Of a DNA stretch of 32,000 nt, positions 17,026 through 25,434 are shown piece after piece (position 1 is the stretch's first letter; the number at the start of each line of letters is the position of its first letter). This stretch comes from Dickeya solani IPO 2222. Its GTDB lineage: Bacteria > Pseudomonadota > Gammaproteobacteria > Enterobacterales > Enterobacteriaceae. Location of the stretch: NCBI RefSeq assembly GCF_001644705.1, contig NZ_CP015137.1, positions 720,001 to 752,000 of the forward strand, given 5' to 3'. The notes beneath the pieces are model-generated. The model searched no databases. It was not told the origin of the DNA and was given only the letters and a program-made list of their open reading frames with translations. The position numbers were made by a program, and so were the translations under genes.

Positions 17026-18542
17026 CACGGTACCAGCGCCTCTGCCAGCGGAACCAGCTCGTGGCTTTTGAAACGACGGTTAATCAACGGATTCAGTCGA
17101 TGGTAGCGATGGCTAATAGACTGGTAAACCGCCGATGTCAGCATCGCGCCCACCTCATGCTTACTGAAATCAGACACCATATCGCCAGCGGCAATTTCGC
17201 CCCGCATGCCGGCGACAAACTCATAAAACGCTTTGGCTTTGGATTTCCCTTTCAATCCTTTTCGTCCGCCTTCCATCTCAAGAATGTCGTCAATATTGAA
17301 CATTTCAACATGTTTTCCGCCGAGCATTTTGTCATTGCGGAAAATATAGATTTCCAGATGTTCTTTCGTGCCGACGCGATGCCGCTCGTCCGAGTCATCA
17401 CCGGGCAATTCATCCGATTTATAAGAATGAAAATGAATCGACTGGAACGGCCCCTGCTGAAAAATATGCGATTCGTGAGAAACGCGGCCATTGCCTTTAT
17501 AGAGATCTCTTCCCGCCGCCGTCACCCAGTTGCGCTGCGAATAACCGTTGTGGCACAGATTAATGGAGGCCGCGGTCAGCGTCCTGTCGCCGGATTTAAA
17601 ACAGATATTGCTGCTGCAATCTACTTCGCCAAATGTTCCCAGCAGCAGCCCCAACTGTTTTTCATCATAATGGTTGGACTCGTCGAAACGACGTTTCCCA
17701 AACAGCGCACGATAATCATCGAGCGCCAGTTGACTGAGCACATCATCCGGCCGGATCGCCATCGAGAAGACGTCAATATTATCGAACTGTTTACCGTCGC
17801 CAAATCCAGCTTCCAGTACAAAAGGCACAATATCGAAATAGTGATAACCGCTGTGCGAGCATTTTCCATAACCCTGATTGTAAGGATGGTAATGCTGCTC
17901 CACCATTTCCGTCGGCATACGCCACTGACCGTCCGAATGAAAGGTCTGCACATTGGTTACCGGGCAATGGGTCTGCGCAAAACACTCGGCAATATAACGC
18001 TTGATCAGATTAAACGACGTCTGATATCGCCGCTGCGCCATAAGAGAAAACACCTGATCAGGATTATCACGCCGCTGTTTTTGATACAGGGCATTCAACA
18101 CCTGATAATCTTCGGCAAGCTTTATCGACTTTTCGATTGAGGTGGAAATACCTTCATACGATGAGATCGGTTTATCCATCAGAATCGACAAACCGGATTC
18201 CAGCGCCCAGCGGGCATACGGCATATGGGCCAGCGGTTCGGTAGCGATAATCACGCCATTAATCGCGTATTTTCTCACCACGTCATCCAGACGTTTTCTG
18301 ACATCGACGCCTAATTCAGTCTGGCTGTTATCGCTGTCATTAAAATACAGGATTTCCGGCTGTAACCGTTTATCCGCAAGATACGTTTCTATCCCCCACT
18401 TTGCTGAAATAAAATCCACCGCGGCGCATAAATTTAATGCAGGATCGTCACAGGACGCCTCCAGCAGCGGGTAATATATTCTTTTGGCGTGAGGCCCAAA
18501 CCCAATCAGCAGCAAATTGACAACATCATTATTCGTCAACAT
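17025..18542 (-). CDS. Atypical long (505 aa) Gfo/Idh/MocA-like oxidoreductase, function unknown
   Basis: N-terminal Rossmann-like LLLIGFGPHAKRIYYPLL, a DKP variant of the EKP motif (LMDKPIS), and GYGKCSHSGYHYFDIV at the family's substrate-domain position. About 150-180 extra C-terminal residues have no motif I recognise. Confidence 0.6.
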   Translation of the reverse strand: MLTNNDVVNLLLIGFGPHAKRIYYPLLEASCDDPALNLCAAVDFISAKWGIETYLADKRLQPEILYFNDSDNSQTELGVDVRKRLDDVVRKYAINGVIIATEPLAHMPYARWALESGLSILMDKPISSYEGISTSIEKSIKLAEDYQVLNALYQKQRRDNPDQVFSLMAQRRYQTSFNLIKRYIAECFAQTHCPVTNVQTFHSDGQWRMPTEMVEQHYHPYNQGYGKCSHSGYHYFDIVPFVLEAGFGDGKQFDNIDVFSMAIRPDDVLSQLALDDYRALFGKRRFDESNHYDEKQLGLLLGTFGEVDCSSNICFKSGDRTLTAASINLCHNGYSQRNWVTAAGRDLYKGNGRVSHESHIFQQGPFQSIHFHSYKSDELPGDDSDERHRVGTKEHLEIYIFRNDKMLGGKHVEMFNIDDILEMEGGRKGLKGKSKAKAFYEFVAGMRGEIAAGDMVSDFSKHEVGAMLTSAVYQSISHRYHRLNPLINRRFKSHELVPLAEALVP

Positions 18543-18567
18543 AACAGTAGTCGCTCAAATTCTGGCA

Positions 18568-20280
18568 TTAATGGTTCTGTTTCTTTTTCAGCAGATAATT
18601 ACCGATAAACAAGGCATCCATGCCGACGGCATGCCTGAAACAGTCAATAGCATCATCCGGCGATTCAACAATCGGCATGCCGGCCAGATTAAAACTGGTA
18701 TTGAGCACCACCGGCACGCCGGTCAGGTTCCCCAGCGCCTTAATCAGCTGGTAGAACTTTTTGTTTGAGTCGGCGGAAACGGTCTGCAATCTGGCGGTGC
18801 CGTCAACATGAATACAGGCGGGCATATCCACTTTGGCTTTGGTTTTCACCGGTGCGACTTTCATCATGTAAGGAACCGGCGACAACATATCGAAATAGGC
18901 ATCGGCGGCTTCTTCCAGCACTACAGGCGCATACGGCCTGAACCACTCGCGCAGTTTGATCTGACTATTGAGAATTTCCTTCGTCCAGCTATTGGAAGGA
19001 GAAGCAAGAATACTGCGATTACCCAGCGCTCTTGGGCCGTATTCACTGCGGTCCTGAAACCAGCCGATAATGTTGCCTGCCGCAATCAGACGAGCGGCCT
19101 GATATTCCGGCTCACTGACATGCTGAATACTGAATTCGTCTTCACAGGCGCGCAGGCTGCCGGCAATATCCTCTGCAGAATAAACCGGCCCCAAATAAGG
19201 GGAACTCTCAAATTGGGGAACCCGATGGTCTTTCTTCCAGAAATATTCCGCGGCGGCGCCCAGCGCCAGGCCGGCATCTCCCGGAGAAGGCGGTACATAA
19301 ACCTCAATACCCAGCGCTTCTTCCAGTTTACGGTTCATCACGGAATTCATAGCGACCCCGCCCGCAACGCACAAGGTATCGACGTGGTATTGTTCAATCA
19401 ATGCCTTCGCCCGCCGAATAATCGATTTTTGCAGTTGGTCCTGCGCCCAGGCCGCCAGATGCATATCAAACGGGCGAATGACTTCCCCTTTACCACGCCG
19501 TTCTGGAATATCCACGCCTTGCTTTTTAAACCATCCCTTCAGATCCTTGGTGCAATCATCGGCATAGCGTTCATCTTTCAGCGCCGATATTTCCCCTGCC
19601 GGCGTTTCGATAAACGAGGGATAGTCTGAAAATACCGCCGGGTTGCCGAAAGACGCCAGCCCCATGGTTTTGCCCGATTCACGATAGCTGTCAAACCCCA
19701 GATAACAGGTAATATCGCCATAAAACCGGCCATATCCCTGATCGCAAGGTTGCGTATTGTCCTGAGCGAGAAGGGTCAAATCATTATTCTCGTACAAATA
19801 ATAGCTGACCTGCTCCGCCGCATTATTTTCCAGCACCGCCGCATCGGCTCTTTCGCCAATAAGATTCCCCGTATGATCGGCAACTACAATCAAGGCGCGT
19901 TTGACATCCGTCTGGCTGACCGCGCTTAACGCATGAGCCGAATGGTGTGACGTCACGGCATGAATGTTATCAAACCCCGGAAATAACGCGTCGATCTCCT
20001 GTTTAAGTTTGCCGTCAAGCTCATGCGCGCCATTCATTGGCTGCCCGAAGCTAACGACGGAAATAGCGGAAATATCGCTCAGCGTCAGTTTATTGCGTTG
20101 CAGAATTTCCCGGACGGCGCAGGTGACCCGGCCATCATATTTTTTCCTTGAAACCCGCTCCTCCGCGATGGCGGTAATCACCTTGTCCCGGCTAGCCAGC
20201 ACTACATTACCATCGTAAGTCACCGTTCCATCCGCCAATACCGGAAGATTTACTGCTAAAATTAGCTCTTGCATAACCAT
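18568..20280 (-). CDS. NodU/CmcH-family carbamoyltransferase
   Basis: About 570 aa. Has the family metal-binding His cluster (TSHHSAHALSA), the ASKHA/Kae1-like segment LCVAGGVAMNSVMN, and the C-terminal block IHVDGTARLQTV...PVVLNTSFN. Confidence 0.88.
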   Translation of the reverse strand: MVMQELILAVNLPVLADGTVTYDGNVVLASRDKVITAIAEERVSRKKYDGRVTCAVREILQRNKLTLSDISAISVVSFGQPMNGAHELDGKLKQEIDALFPGFDNIHAVTSHHSAHALSAVSQTDVKRALIVVADHTGNLIGERADAAVLENNAAEQVSYYLYENNDLTLLAQDNTQPCDQGYGRFYGDITCYLGFDSYRESGKTMGLASFGNPAVFSDYPSFIETPAGEISALKDERYADDCTKDLKGWFKKQGVDIPERRGKGEVIRPFDMHLAAWAQDQLQKSIIRRAKALIEQYHVDTLCVAGGVAMNSVMNRKLEEALGIEVYVPPSPGDAGLALGAAAEYFWKKDHRVPQFESSPYLGPVYSAEDIAGSLRACEDEFSIQHVSEPEYQAARLIAAGNIIGWFQDRSEYGPRALGNRSILASPSNSWTKEILNSQIKLREWFRPYAPVVLEEAADAYFDMLSPVPYMMKVAPVKTKAKVDMPACIHVDGTARLQTVSADSNKKFYQLIKALGNLTGVPVVLNTSFNLAGMPIVESPDDAIDCFRHAVGMDALFIGNYLLKKKQNH

Positions 20281-21110
20281 TCCTTTTTCTCGTATTTTTT
20301 TGCCCGCAATAAAAACGTCAATGGAATAGCAGAAAACGTATTATTGAAACGCCACCAGCCGTCTTCATGTTGCGATAATTGAGAGAATGCCTTGTAAAAG
20401 GTTTTATCAAATTCTCTGAATGCCGTTATAGACAAGTTTTCGTTGGTCAGACTGGTGATGATTTCGGAAAGGCTGTGAAACCAGACATATTGTTCCTGAT
20501 GCTCTATCTGACGATGTTCATTGGCGTAGGAATATTTATAGTTTGTTTTTACCGGGGCGCCAGGCTGGATAGGAGAGAATAACGCCTTACTATCAAGCGG
20601 CGCATTATCCTGATGAGGGTTGCTGAACATTCTGGCAACAGGGTGCTCGTCAATCAGCAGTAATTCACCGCCGGGTTTAAGGTGTGAAGCGATCGCGTTC
20701 GCCCACAAATTAAGATGTTCAAGCCAGACAAGAACGCCATAGGACGTAAAAATAAGGTCGAAATCAGATAAATTTAACTCAGACAGGTCATAGACATTGG
20801 CGCAATAAAAATTCGTTTTAAGGCCAAATTTATGTTTAATTGCATTCGCGGTATCGATGGCGGCAGCCGAATAATCAACCGCGGTAACCTCAGCCCCCAT
20901 CACTTCCAGAGCAAAACTGTCCAGACCGACATGACACTGGAGGTGAAGTATTCTTTTATTATTTAAATCACCTAATTCGGCCAGTTCGATATCTTTTAAT
21001 TTACATTCCCACGGGTCATAGTTATCAATATCATAATCGGATTTCCCAGAATGGATTTGGGCCAGTTCATCCCAGAACTGAATATTCTTACTATCATAAA
21101 AGTTTTTCAA
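20262..21110 (-). CDS. Class I SAM-dependent methyltransferase
   Basis: Motif I ILHLQCHVGLDS, an acidic residue after beta-2 (VTAVDYS), and post-I DLIFTSYGVLVWL. TTG start at 21110 with an AGGGA Shine-Dalgarno; an in-frame stop upstream leaves no ATG option. The 3' end overlaps the carbamoyltransferase start by 19 nt. Confidence 0.82.
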   Translation of the reverse strand: MKNFYDSKNIQFWDELAQIHSGKSDYDIDNYDPWECKLKDIELAELGDLNNKRILHLQCHVGLDSFALEVMGAEVTAVDYSAAAIDTANAIKHKFGLKTNFYCANVYDLSELNLSDFDLIFTSYGVLVWLEHLNLWANAIASHLKPGGELLLIDEHPVARMFSNPHQDNAPLDSKALFSPIQPGAPVKTNYKYSYANEHRQIEHQEQYVWFHSLSEIITSLTNENLSITAFREFDKTFYKAFSQLSQHEDGWWRFNNTFSAIPLTFLLRAKKYEKKEWLCKS

Positions 21111-21656
21111 CTGATAATCCCTTTTATTGAAATAAAAGAATGAAACATGAAAAACTATAATTCGCCGGGGATGGTAATTTACGAAACCATAGATGTCAAT
21201 GAATGTTATTTATGAAAACACGCTATTAATTACAACGCTCACAATTTAAAAAAGAGACTATGGGCAGTGATAACCTATATTTTCACCAAATATGATTAAC
21301 GAATCGACTTACATTTAATGCGTTACATTCACAATGCATTACTATGTTTTTCACTCAGCGCATTTATTTGTGATAATGGACACATTAAAAAACTGGAATA
21401 TTCCTACTGCATCGTACCTATTGTATTTACGGTTAAAACGATAATGATAATTAAATCCACCGTATTTCCACCAACCTCATCGCGCCACAGGGTGAACCCC
21501 GAAGTAGCCAATGAATTCCGCCAGTGCGCCTGCAACGTGAGAGATGACAAGGGCATCATTTTATTTTCCGCATGACAGGTAATACTGCCCCCGCCACCAC
21601 AGTGTTGGTATACTGGAGCGGTTATAACATTATGCAGAATTGGCCGGGAGAACGGT

Positions 21657-22550
21657 GTGAATATTAAGCAGCTTCAATATTTCTGCAAGGTGGTCGAAAC
21701 CGGCAGCGCCAGCCAGGCCGCCAAACAACTTCTCCTTGCGCCTACGGCTATCAGCATGCAGATATCCGCACTGGAAAAAGAACTCAATGGCGAATTGTTT
21801 AACCGCAGCTCAAGGCCAATGACGTTAACCCGGCTTGGGGAGTTCTTATATCAGCGCGCTCAGGAATTGATTTTTAATTTTGAAAAACTTGAAGCCGACG
21901 CCTATCAGTATCTGAATAGTGAATCCACTTCGCTCACGCTGGGATTTGTCCGCTCGGTTATGTTTAATCTGCTGCCGGAAACCATCAAGCATTATGCGGA
22001 CAGTTACGGCCATATTAATATCCATCTCAAGGAAGTGCTTTCGGAATATCAGCCTGAAATGCTTGGCAATCAAGTTATTGATATCGGCATCACCCGCGAA
22101 ATGGATAACGACAACTTTGTCGGCAGCGAGCTATGTCATGAACTGATTATGGTTGATCCGCTTATCGCCGCCATCCCTAAAAACCACTATCTCTCCAGAA
22201 AAAAATTCATTACCTTGAGAGACTTCTGCAATTCGCCGTTTATTATTTTTCCGAGCGATCAAAAGAGTGGGTTCTCGGTGCGTATCTTTGATCTGTTCAA
22301 ACAGCATCACTGTGTGCCGGCCATCTCGCATCGGGCGATTGAGATTCATACCGCGCTGGCGCTGGTCGGTGCGGGGCTTGGCGTTACGCTGGTGGGGAAA
22401 ACCACCATGCCGAATAACCGGCAGGACATTATTTTTCTTCCCATCGAAGATTTTAAAATCTCTAGCTATATCTATGCGGTTTATCACCCGAAGAATAAAA
22501 ACCCGAACATTGCATCCTTTATTGAGACCATGAAAAAAATAGCGGGTTAA
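21657..22550 (+). CDS. LysR-family transcriptional regulator
   Basis: wHTH MNIKQLQYFCKVVETGSASQAAKQLLLAPTAISMQISALEKEL plus a LysR substrate-binding domain. GTG start 6 nt after GGGAG. Divergent from the methyltransferase operon. Confidence 0.9.
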   Translation: MNIKQLQYFCKVVETGSASQAAKQLLLAPTAISMQISALEKELNGELFNRSSRPMTLTRLGEFLYQRAQELIFNFEKLEADAYQYLNSESTSLTLGFVRSVMFNLLPETIKHYADSYGHINIHLKEVLSEYQPEMLGNQVIDIGITREMDNDNFVGSELCHELIMVDPLIAAIPKNHYLSRKKFITLRDFCNSPFIIFPSDQKSGFSVRIFDLFKQHHCVPAISHRAIEIHTALALVGAGLGVTLVGKTTMPNNRQDIIFLPIEDFKISSYIYAVYHPKNKNPNIASFIETMKKIAG

Positions 22551-22612
22551 TGCCGGAGCCGGGTCGTTAATCACGCACACGCTCGGTGGCATTAAGCCTT
22601 TTTCTTATCAGC

Positions 22613-22681
22613 AGAGGGATTTCAAGTAGCAACGTAGAGAGATTTTAAATAGCAACGTAGAGAGATTTTAAAGAGCAGCAC
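22613..22681. repeat. Three tandem copies of a 23-bp unit (AGAGAGATTTTAAATAGCAACGT)
   Basis: Copies at 22613-22635 (diverged), 22636-22658 and 22659-22681 (diverged 3' half), between the convergent LysR and MFS genes. Confidence 0.9.
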
Positions 22682-22707
22682 AGAGGAACCGCCAGCATTC
22701 ACCACCC

Positions 22708-22738
22708 AATAAAAAAGCAGGCCGTCGAACAGGCCTGC
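22708..22738 (-). terminator. Rho-independent terminator of the ACS-MFS/RraA-like operon
   Basis: Minus strand reads GCAGGCC-TGTTCGAC-GGCCTGC followed by TTTTTTATT, starting 14 nt after the stop codon. Confidence 0.78.
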
Positions 22739-22751
22739 CAGATATCATCAG

Positions 22752-24083
22752 TTACGCCACCTTCATCGGTTCGTCAATAGTGAGCACAACCAGAAACGTG
22801 AAGATTGAAATGACCGCCATAAACAAGAACACGCTGTTCCAGCCATAGAAATCCAGGATAAGCCCGCCAATAAAAGGCGTCGCGGCGCCGCCAAGTTGGC
22901 CGCCCATATTCACCAGCGCATTCGCCACCGGGAATTTGTCTTTGGCGATGAAAGACATCGGGTACACCATATAGGCGGAAAAACCAATGCTCAGCAGCAA
23001 TCCGGTCACGAAAAGCAACAGTGCGCACATCACCGGGCTTGCCGGCACCACGATCAGGCAAAGCATCATCAGCGATGTAGACAATGCCGAGATCAGCATG
23101 CCGGGCTTTCTGCGTTTGCCCAGTACTTTATCCGAAAGCACGCCCCCCAGCAGGTTGCCCAGCACAGCCCCAACCCAGGGTGCGGCAGCGACGAATCCCA
23201 TACCCATCACAGACAGGTTTTTCTCGGTGAGCAAATAGGTCGGGATCCAGGCCAGCAGCAGGCTGGAAATCCCTAACTGACAACAATAGCCGAAACTGCA
23301 TCCCAGCACATTCCAGGACGAATAAATCGCTTTTTCCGTTGTTATCTCTTTGACGCTTCTGACGCGAATTAAGGTATCGAGGTAAGGTATTCTTTTATAT
23401 TTTTCACTATTGGCAGTGGCCGTACTACCATTCTGCTTCTCATTGATGAGGTCCAGTTCCTGCTGGTTGACGAAACCGGATTCAGCCGGCTTATCCTTAA
23501 CAAAGCAGAACCACAGTATGGGTAACAATAACCCCGGCAGCGCAAAGAACAGGAATATTTCCTTCCAGCCCCAATGCGTGATAATCATCGAACCGATGAT
23601 GGGAGTAATAACCGGGCCCAACTTGATGGATGACAAAAAAATACCGGACGCGATGCCCTTCTCACGTGAAGGAAACCAGTTATTAATGGTGGACGTCACG
23701 CCGATAGGCAACGGCCCTTCCGCAATTCCCAGCAAGATGCGGCATAACTTCAGTTGCAGAATCGACCCGACAAGACCCGTCAGCGCCGTCGCTATTGAGG
23801 TGAGCACCATGGATGTGGTGAACACCCTCCTGACGCCGAACCGGGCTATCAGCCAGGCCGAAGGTAACTGAACGAACGCATACGCAATCAGGAAAAGACT
23901 CACTAACGCACCGGCCTCCGCATTTGTCATGGTAAATTCTTTGCGAATAAACGGCAGCGCCACGCCAAGATTGGCCCGGTCTGCAGCGGCAACGGTATAA
24001 ATGAGAAAGAACAGTGCCGCAACCCACCACCGGTGGTGGGTTGGTTTGCTCCTCACATTAACCTGTTCAACACTAAGACTCAT
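22752..24083 (-). CDS. MFS transporter, anion:cation symporter (ACS) family (ExuT/GudP/DgoT-like organic-acid permease)
   Basis: ADRANLGVALPFI signature near TM1 and 12 TMS, with a central hydrophilic loop typical of ACS members. Confidence 0.85.
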   Translation of the reverse strand: MSLSVEQVNVRSKPTHHRWWVAALFFLIYTVAAADRANLGVALPFIRKEFTMTNAEAGALVSLFLIAYAFVQLPSAWLIARFGVRRVFTTSMVLTSIATALTGLVGSILQLKLCRILLGIAEGPLPIGVTSTINNWFPSREKGIASGIFLSSIKLGPVITPIIGSMIITHWGWKEIFLFFALPGLLLPILWFCFVKDKPAESGFVNQQELDLINEKQNGSTATANSEKYKRIPYLDTLIRVRSVKEITTEKAIYSSWNVLGCSFGYCCQLGISSLLLAWIPTYLLTEKNLSVMGMGFVAAAPWVGAVLGNLLGGVLSDKVLGKRRKPGMLISALSTSLMMLCLIVVPASPVMCALLLFVTGLLLSIGFSAYMVYPMSFIAKDKFPVANALVNMGGQLGGAATPFIGGLILDFYGWNSVFLFMAVISIFTFLVVLTIDEPMKVA

Positions 24084-24091
24084 AAATTACC

Positions 24092-24748
24092 TCATTCTAA
24101 ATTCAAATATTTAAATACAGGATTCAATCCCATTAATTCTGCAGTAGTGGCTCCGTGGTTTATTTTTTCTTTATAATGGGTTTCTTTTTCTTCTCTGGTT
24201 TTCGCCAGATCAATGACATCGGATACGCTATGTTTATCAATAACGACCAGACCATCTGAATCGCCGACGATAATGTCGCCTGGATGAATAATGCAGTCGC
24301 CGATCACCACCGTTTCATTCACTTTCCCAGGCTGATGTTTACCTGTGCCTTTAATGGATATTCCTCGTGAGAAGACCGGGAAACCGGCATCAATAATGGC
24401 GTCGCTGTCGCGGACCGCGCCATTGACGACCAAACCGGCCAGGCCGATAAATTGTGCCTGTGAGGTAAGCACATCGCCCCAGACGCCCGCTTCAATAAAT
24501 CCCTGACAATTAATGACCAGCACATCGCCTTTTTTCGCCTGAAGCAACGCATAATGGATCATAAGATTATCGCCCGGCCGCATTTCCACGGTTAATGCCG
24601 GCCCGGCTATTTTCATACCACGCGCAATGGGCTTAATTTCGGCATCAATAGCACCTGTCGCGCCTTGCGCTTCATACACCGTCGCCGCACCCAACGTTTT
24701 TAATATGTCATACATATTGCCGTTCAGGCGGTTATGTTCAGTCGTCAT
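24092..24748 (-). CDS. RraA-fold protein (HMG/CHA aldolase / oxaloacetate decarboxylase-like), paralog 1
   Basis: VYEAQG..G.I...IKP, PGDNLM, GDVLV, GVWGDVLT, GLVVNGAVRD and GD.IVGD.DG.VVI are the RraA/aldolase family blocks. It carries the about 50-aa C-terminal extension seen in the aldolase subgroup. Confidence 0.82.
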   Translation of the reverse strand: MTTEHNRLNGNMYDILKTLGAATVYEAQGATGAIDAEIKPIARGMKIAGPALTVEMRPGDNLMIHYALLQAKKGDVLVINCQGFIEAGVWGDVLTSQAQFIGLAGLVVNGAVRDSDAIIDAGFPVFSRGISIKGTGKHQPGKVNETVVIGDCIIHPGDIIVGDSDGLVVIDKHSVSDVIDLAKTREEKETHYKEKINHGATTAELMGLNPVFKYLNLE

Positions 24749-24762
24749 GAGTTGATCCTTGA

Positions 24763-25434
24763 TTAACGCTTATTGGGGTTTCTTTGCAGCAAATGATAAT
24801 TGTGTTTTTTTCGCGCATCCGAAATACGCATGCCTGACAGCACATCGCTCAAAATACTCCGTTCAACCGTCTGCATTTGTAATGCACGGTCAATGACGTT
24901 TTCCAGATGATGACGACCGATAACAACGACGCCATCAATATCGGCTACGATAACATCCCCGTTTTTAATAGTGACGCCGCTAATACTGATCGGCTCACAA
25001 ACAGCGGCAACCTGAACACGGTCTTTCCCCGTGCGCATATAATGACCAAGGGCGTAAATAGGATATTGGCTTTGATTGGCTTCATCCGTATCCCGGCTCA
25101 CGCCATTAATAACCGTACCGGCTATTTTCTTGCTGGCGGCAAGTTGACTCAAAATACCACCCCAGACAGTGCAATCCTTCCGGGCTGCATTATCAATAAC
25201 CACGACATCTCCCGACTGGACGTCATCGATATAATCGCCAACAGTACCGATATTATCCGGATCAACGGCAATATATCTTACCGTCCATGCCGTTCCGGCG
25301 ATTCTCTGATTACCGGCAATATGTCTGATGCCCAGCAATGAACCGGGTAGTGAAAAATAATCGAGCGCATCCGATAATTCCGGCGTTGACAGTTGTTTTG
25401 ATTTCTCAAGGTATAAATCAATATTCAAATTCAT
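24763..25434 (-). CDS. RraA-fold protein, paralog 2 (divergent)
   Basis: STPELSDAL, GDVVVID, TVWGGILS, GTVINGVSRD and GDVIVADIDGVVVI share the fold blocks but are clearly diverged from paralog 1. Confidence 0.8.
   Translation of the reverse strand: MNLNIDLYLEKSKQLSTPELSDALDYFSLPGSLLGIRHIAGNQRIAGTAWTVRYIAVDPDNIGTVGDYIDDVQSGDVVVIDNAARKDCTVWGGILSQLAASKKIAGTVINGVSRDTDEANQSQYPIYALGHYMRTGKDRVQVAAVCEPISISGVTIKNGDVIVADIDGVVVIGRHHLENVIDRALQMQTVERSILSDVLSGMRISDARKKHNYHLLQRNPNKR

Noticed and set aside
17061-18140. 359-aa plus-strand ORF, plus 18808..19629 (273 aa) and 11466..12182 (238 aa)
   Set aside because: These are antisense to well-supported genes (the Gfo/Idh/MocA-like gene, the carbamoyltransferase and the secreted TIM barrel). 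Their products are Arg/Ile/Phe-rich, low-complexity and without motifs. They are typical shadow ORFs.
21316-21341. TAATGC-N14-GCATTA inverted repeat as the LysR binding box
   Set aside because: The spacing does not fit the usual T-N11-A LysR architecture, and the AT-rich context makes such dyads frequent. It is kept only as a place to start footprinting.
21404-21559. 51-aa minus-strand ORF (MMPLSSLTLQAHWRNS...VDLIIIIVLTVNTIGTMQ) as a candidate precursor peptide or small membrane protein upstream of the methyltransferase operon; also the plus-strand ORF 21318..21575
   Set aside because: The Shine-Dalgarno is weak and no peptide-modifying enzymes (radical SAM, YcaO, lanthipeptide-type) are present. 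A locally GC-richer patch (about 21470-21600) also gives a protein-like fragment in another frame (DALVISHVAGALAEFIGYFGVHPVAR) without a start. The region is more likely a gene remnant than a live small gene. It is worth a tblastn check but cannot be supported here.
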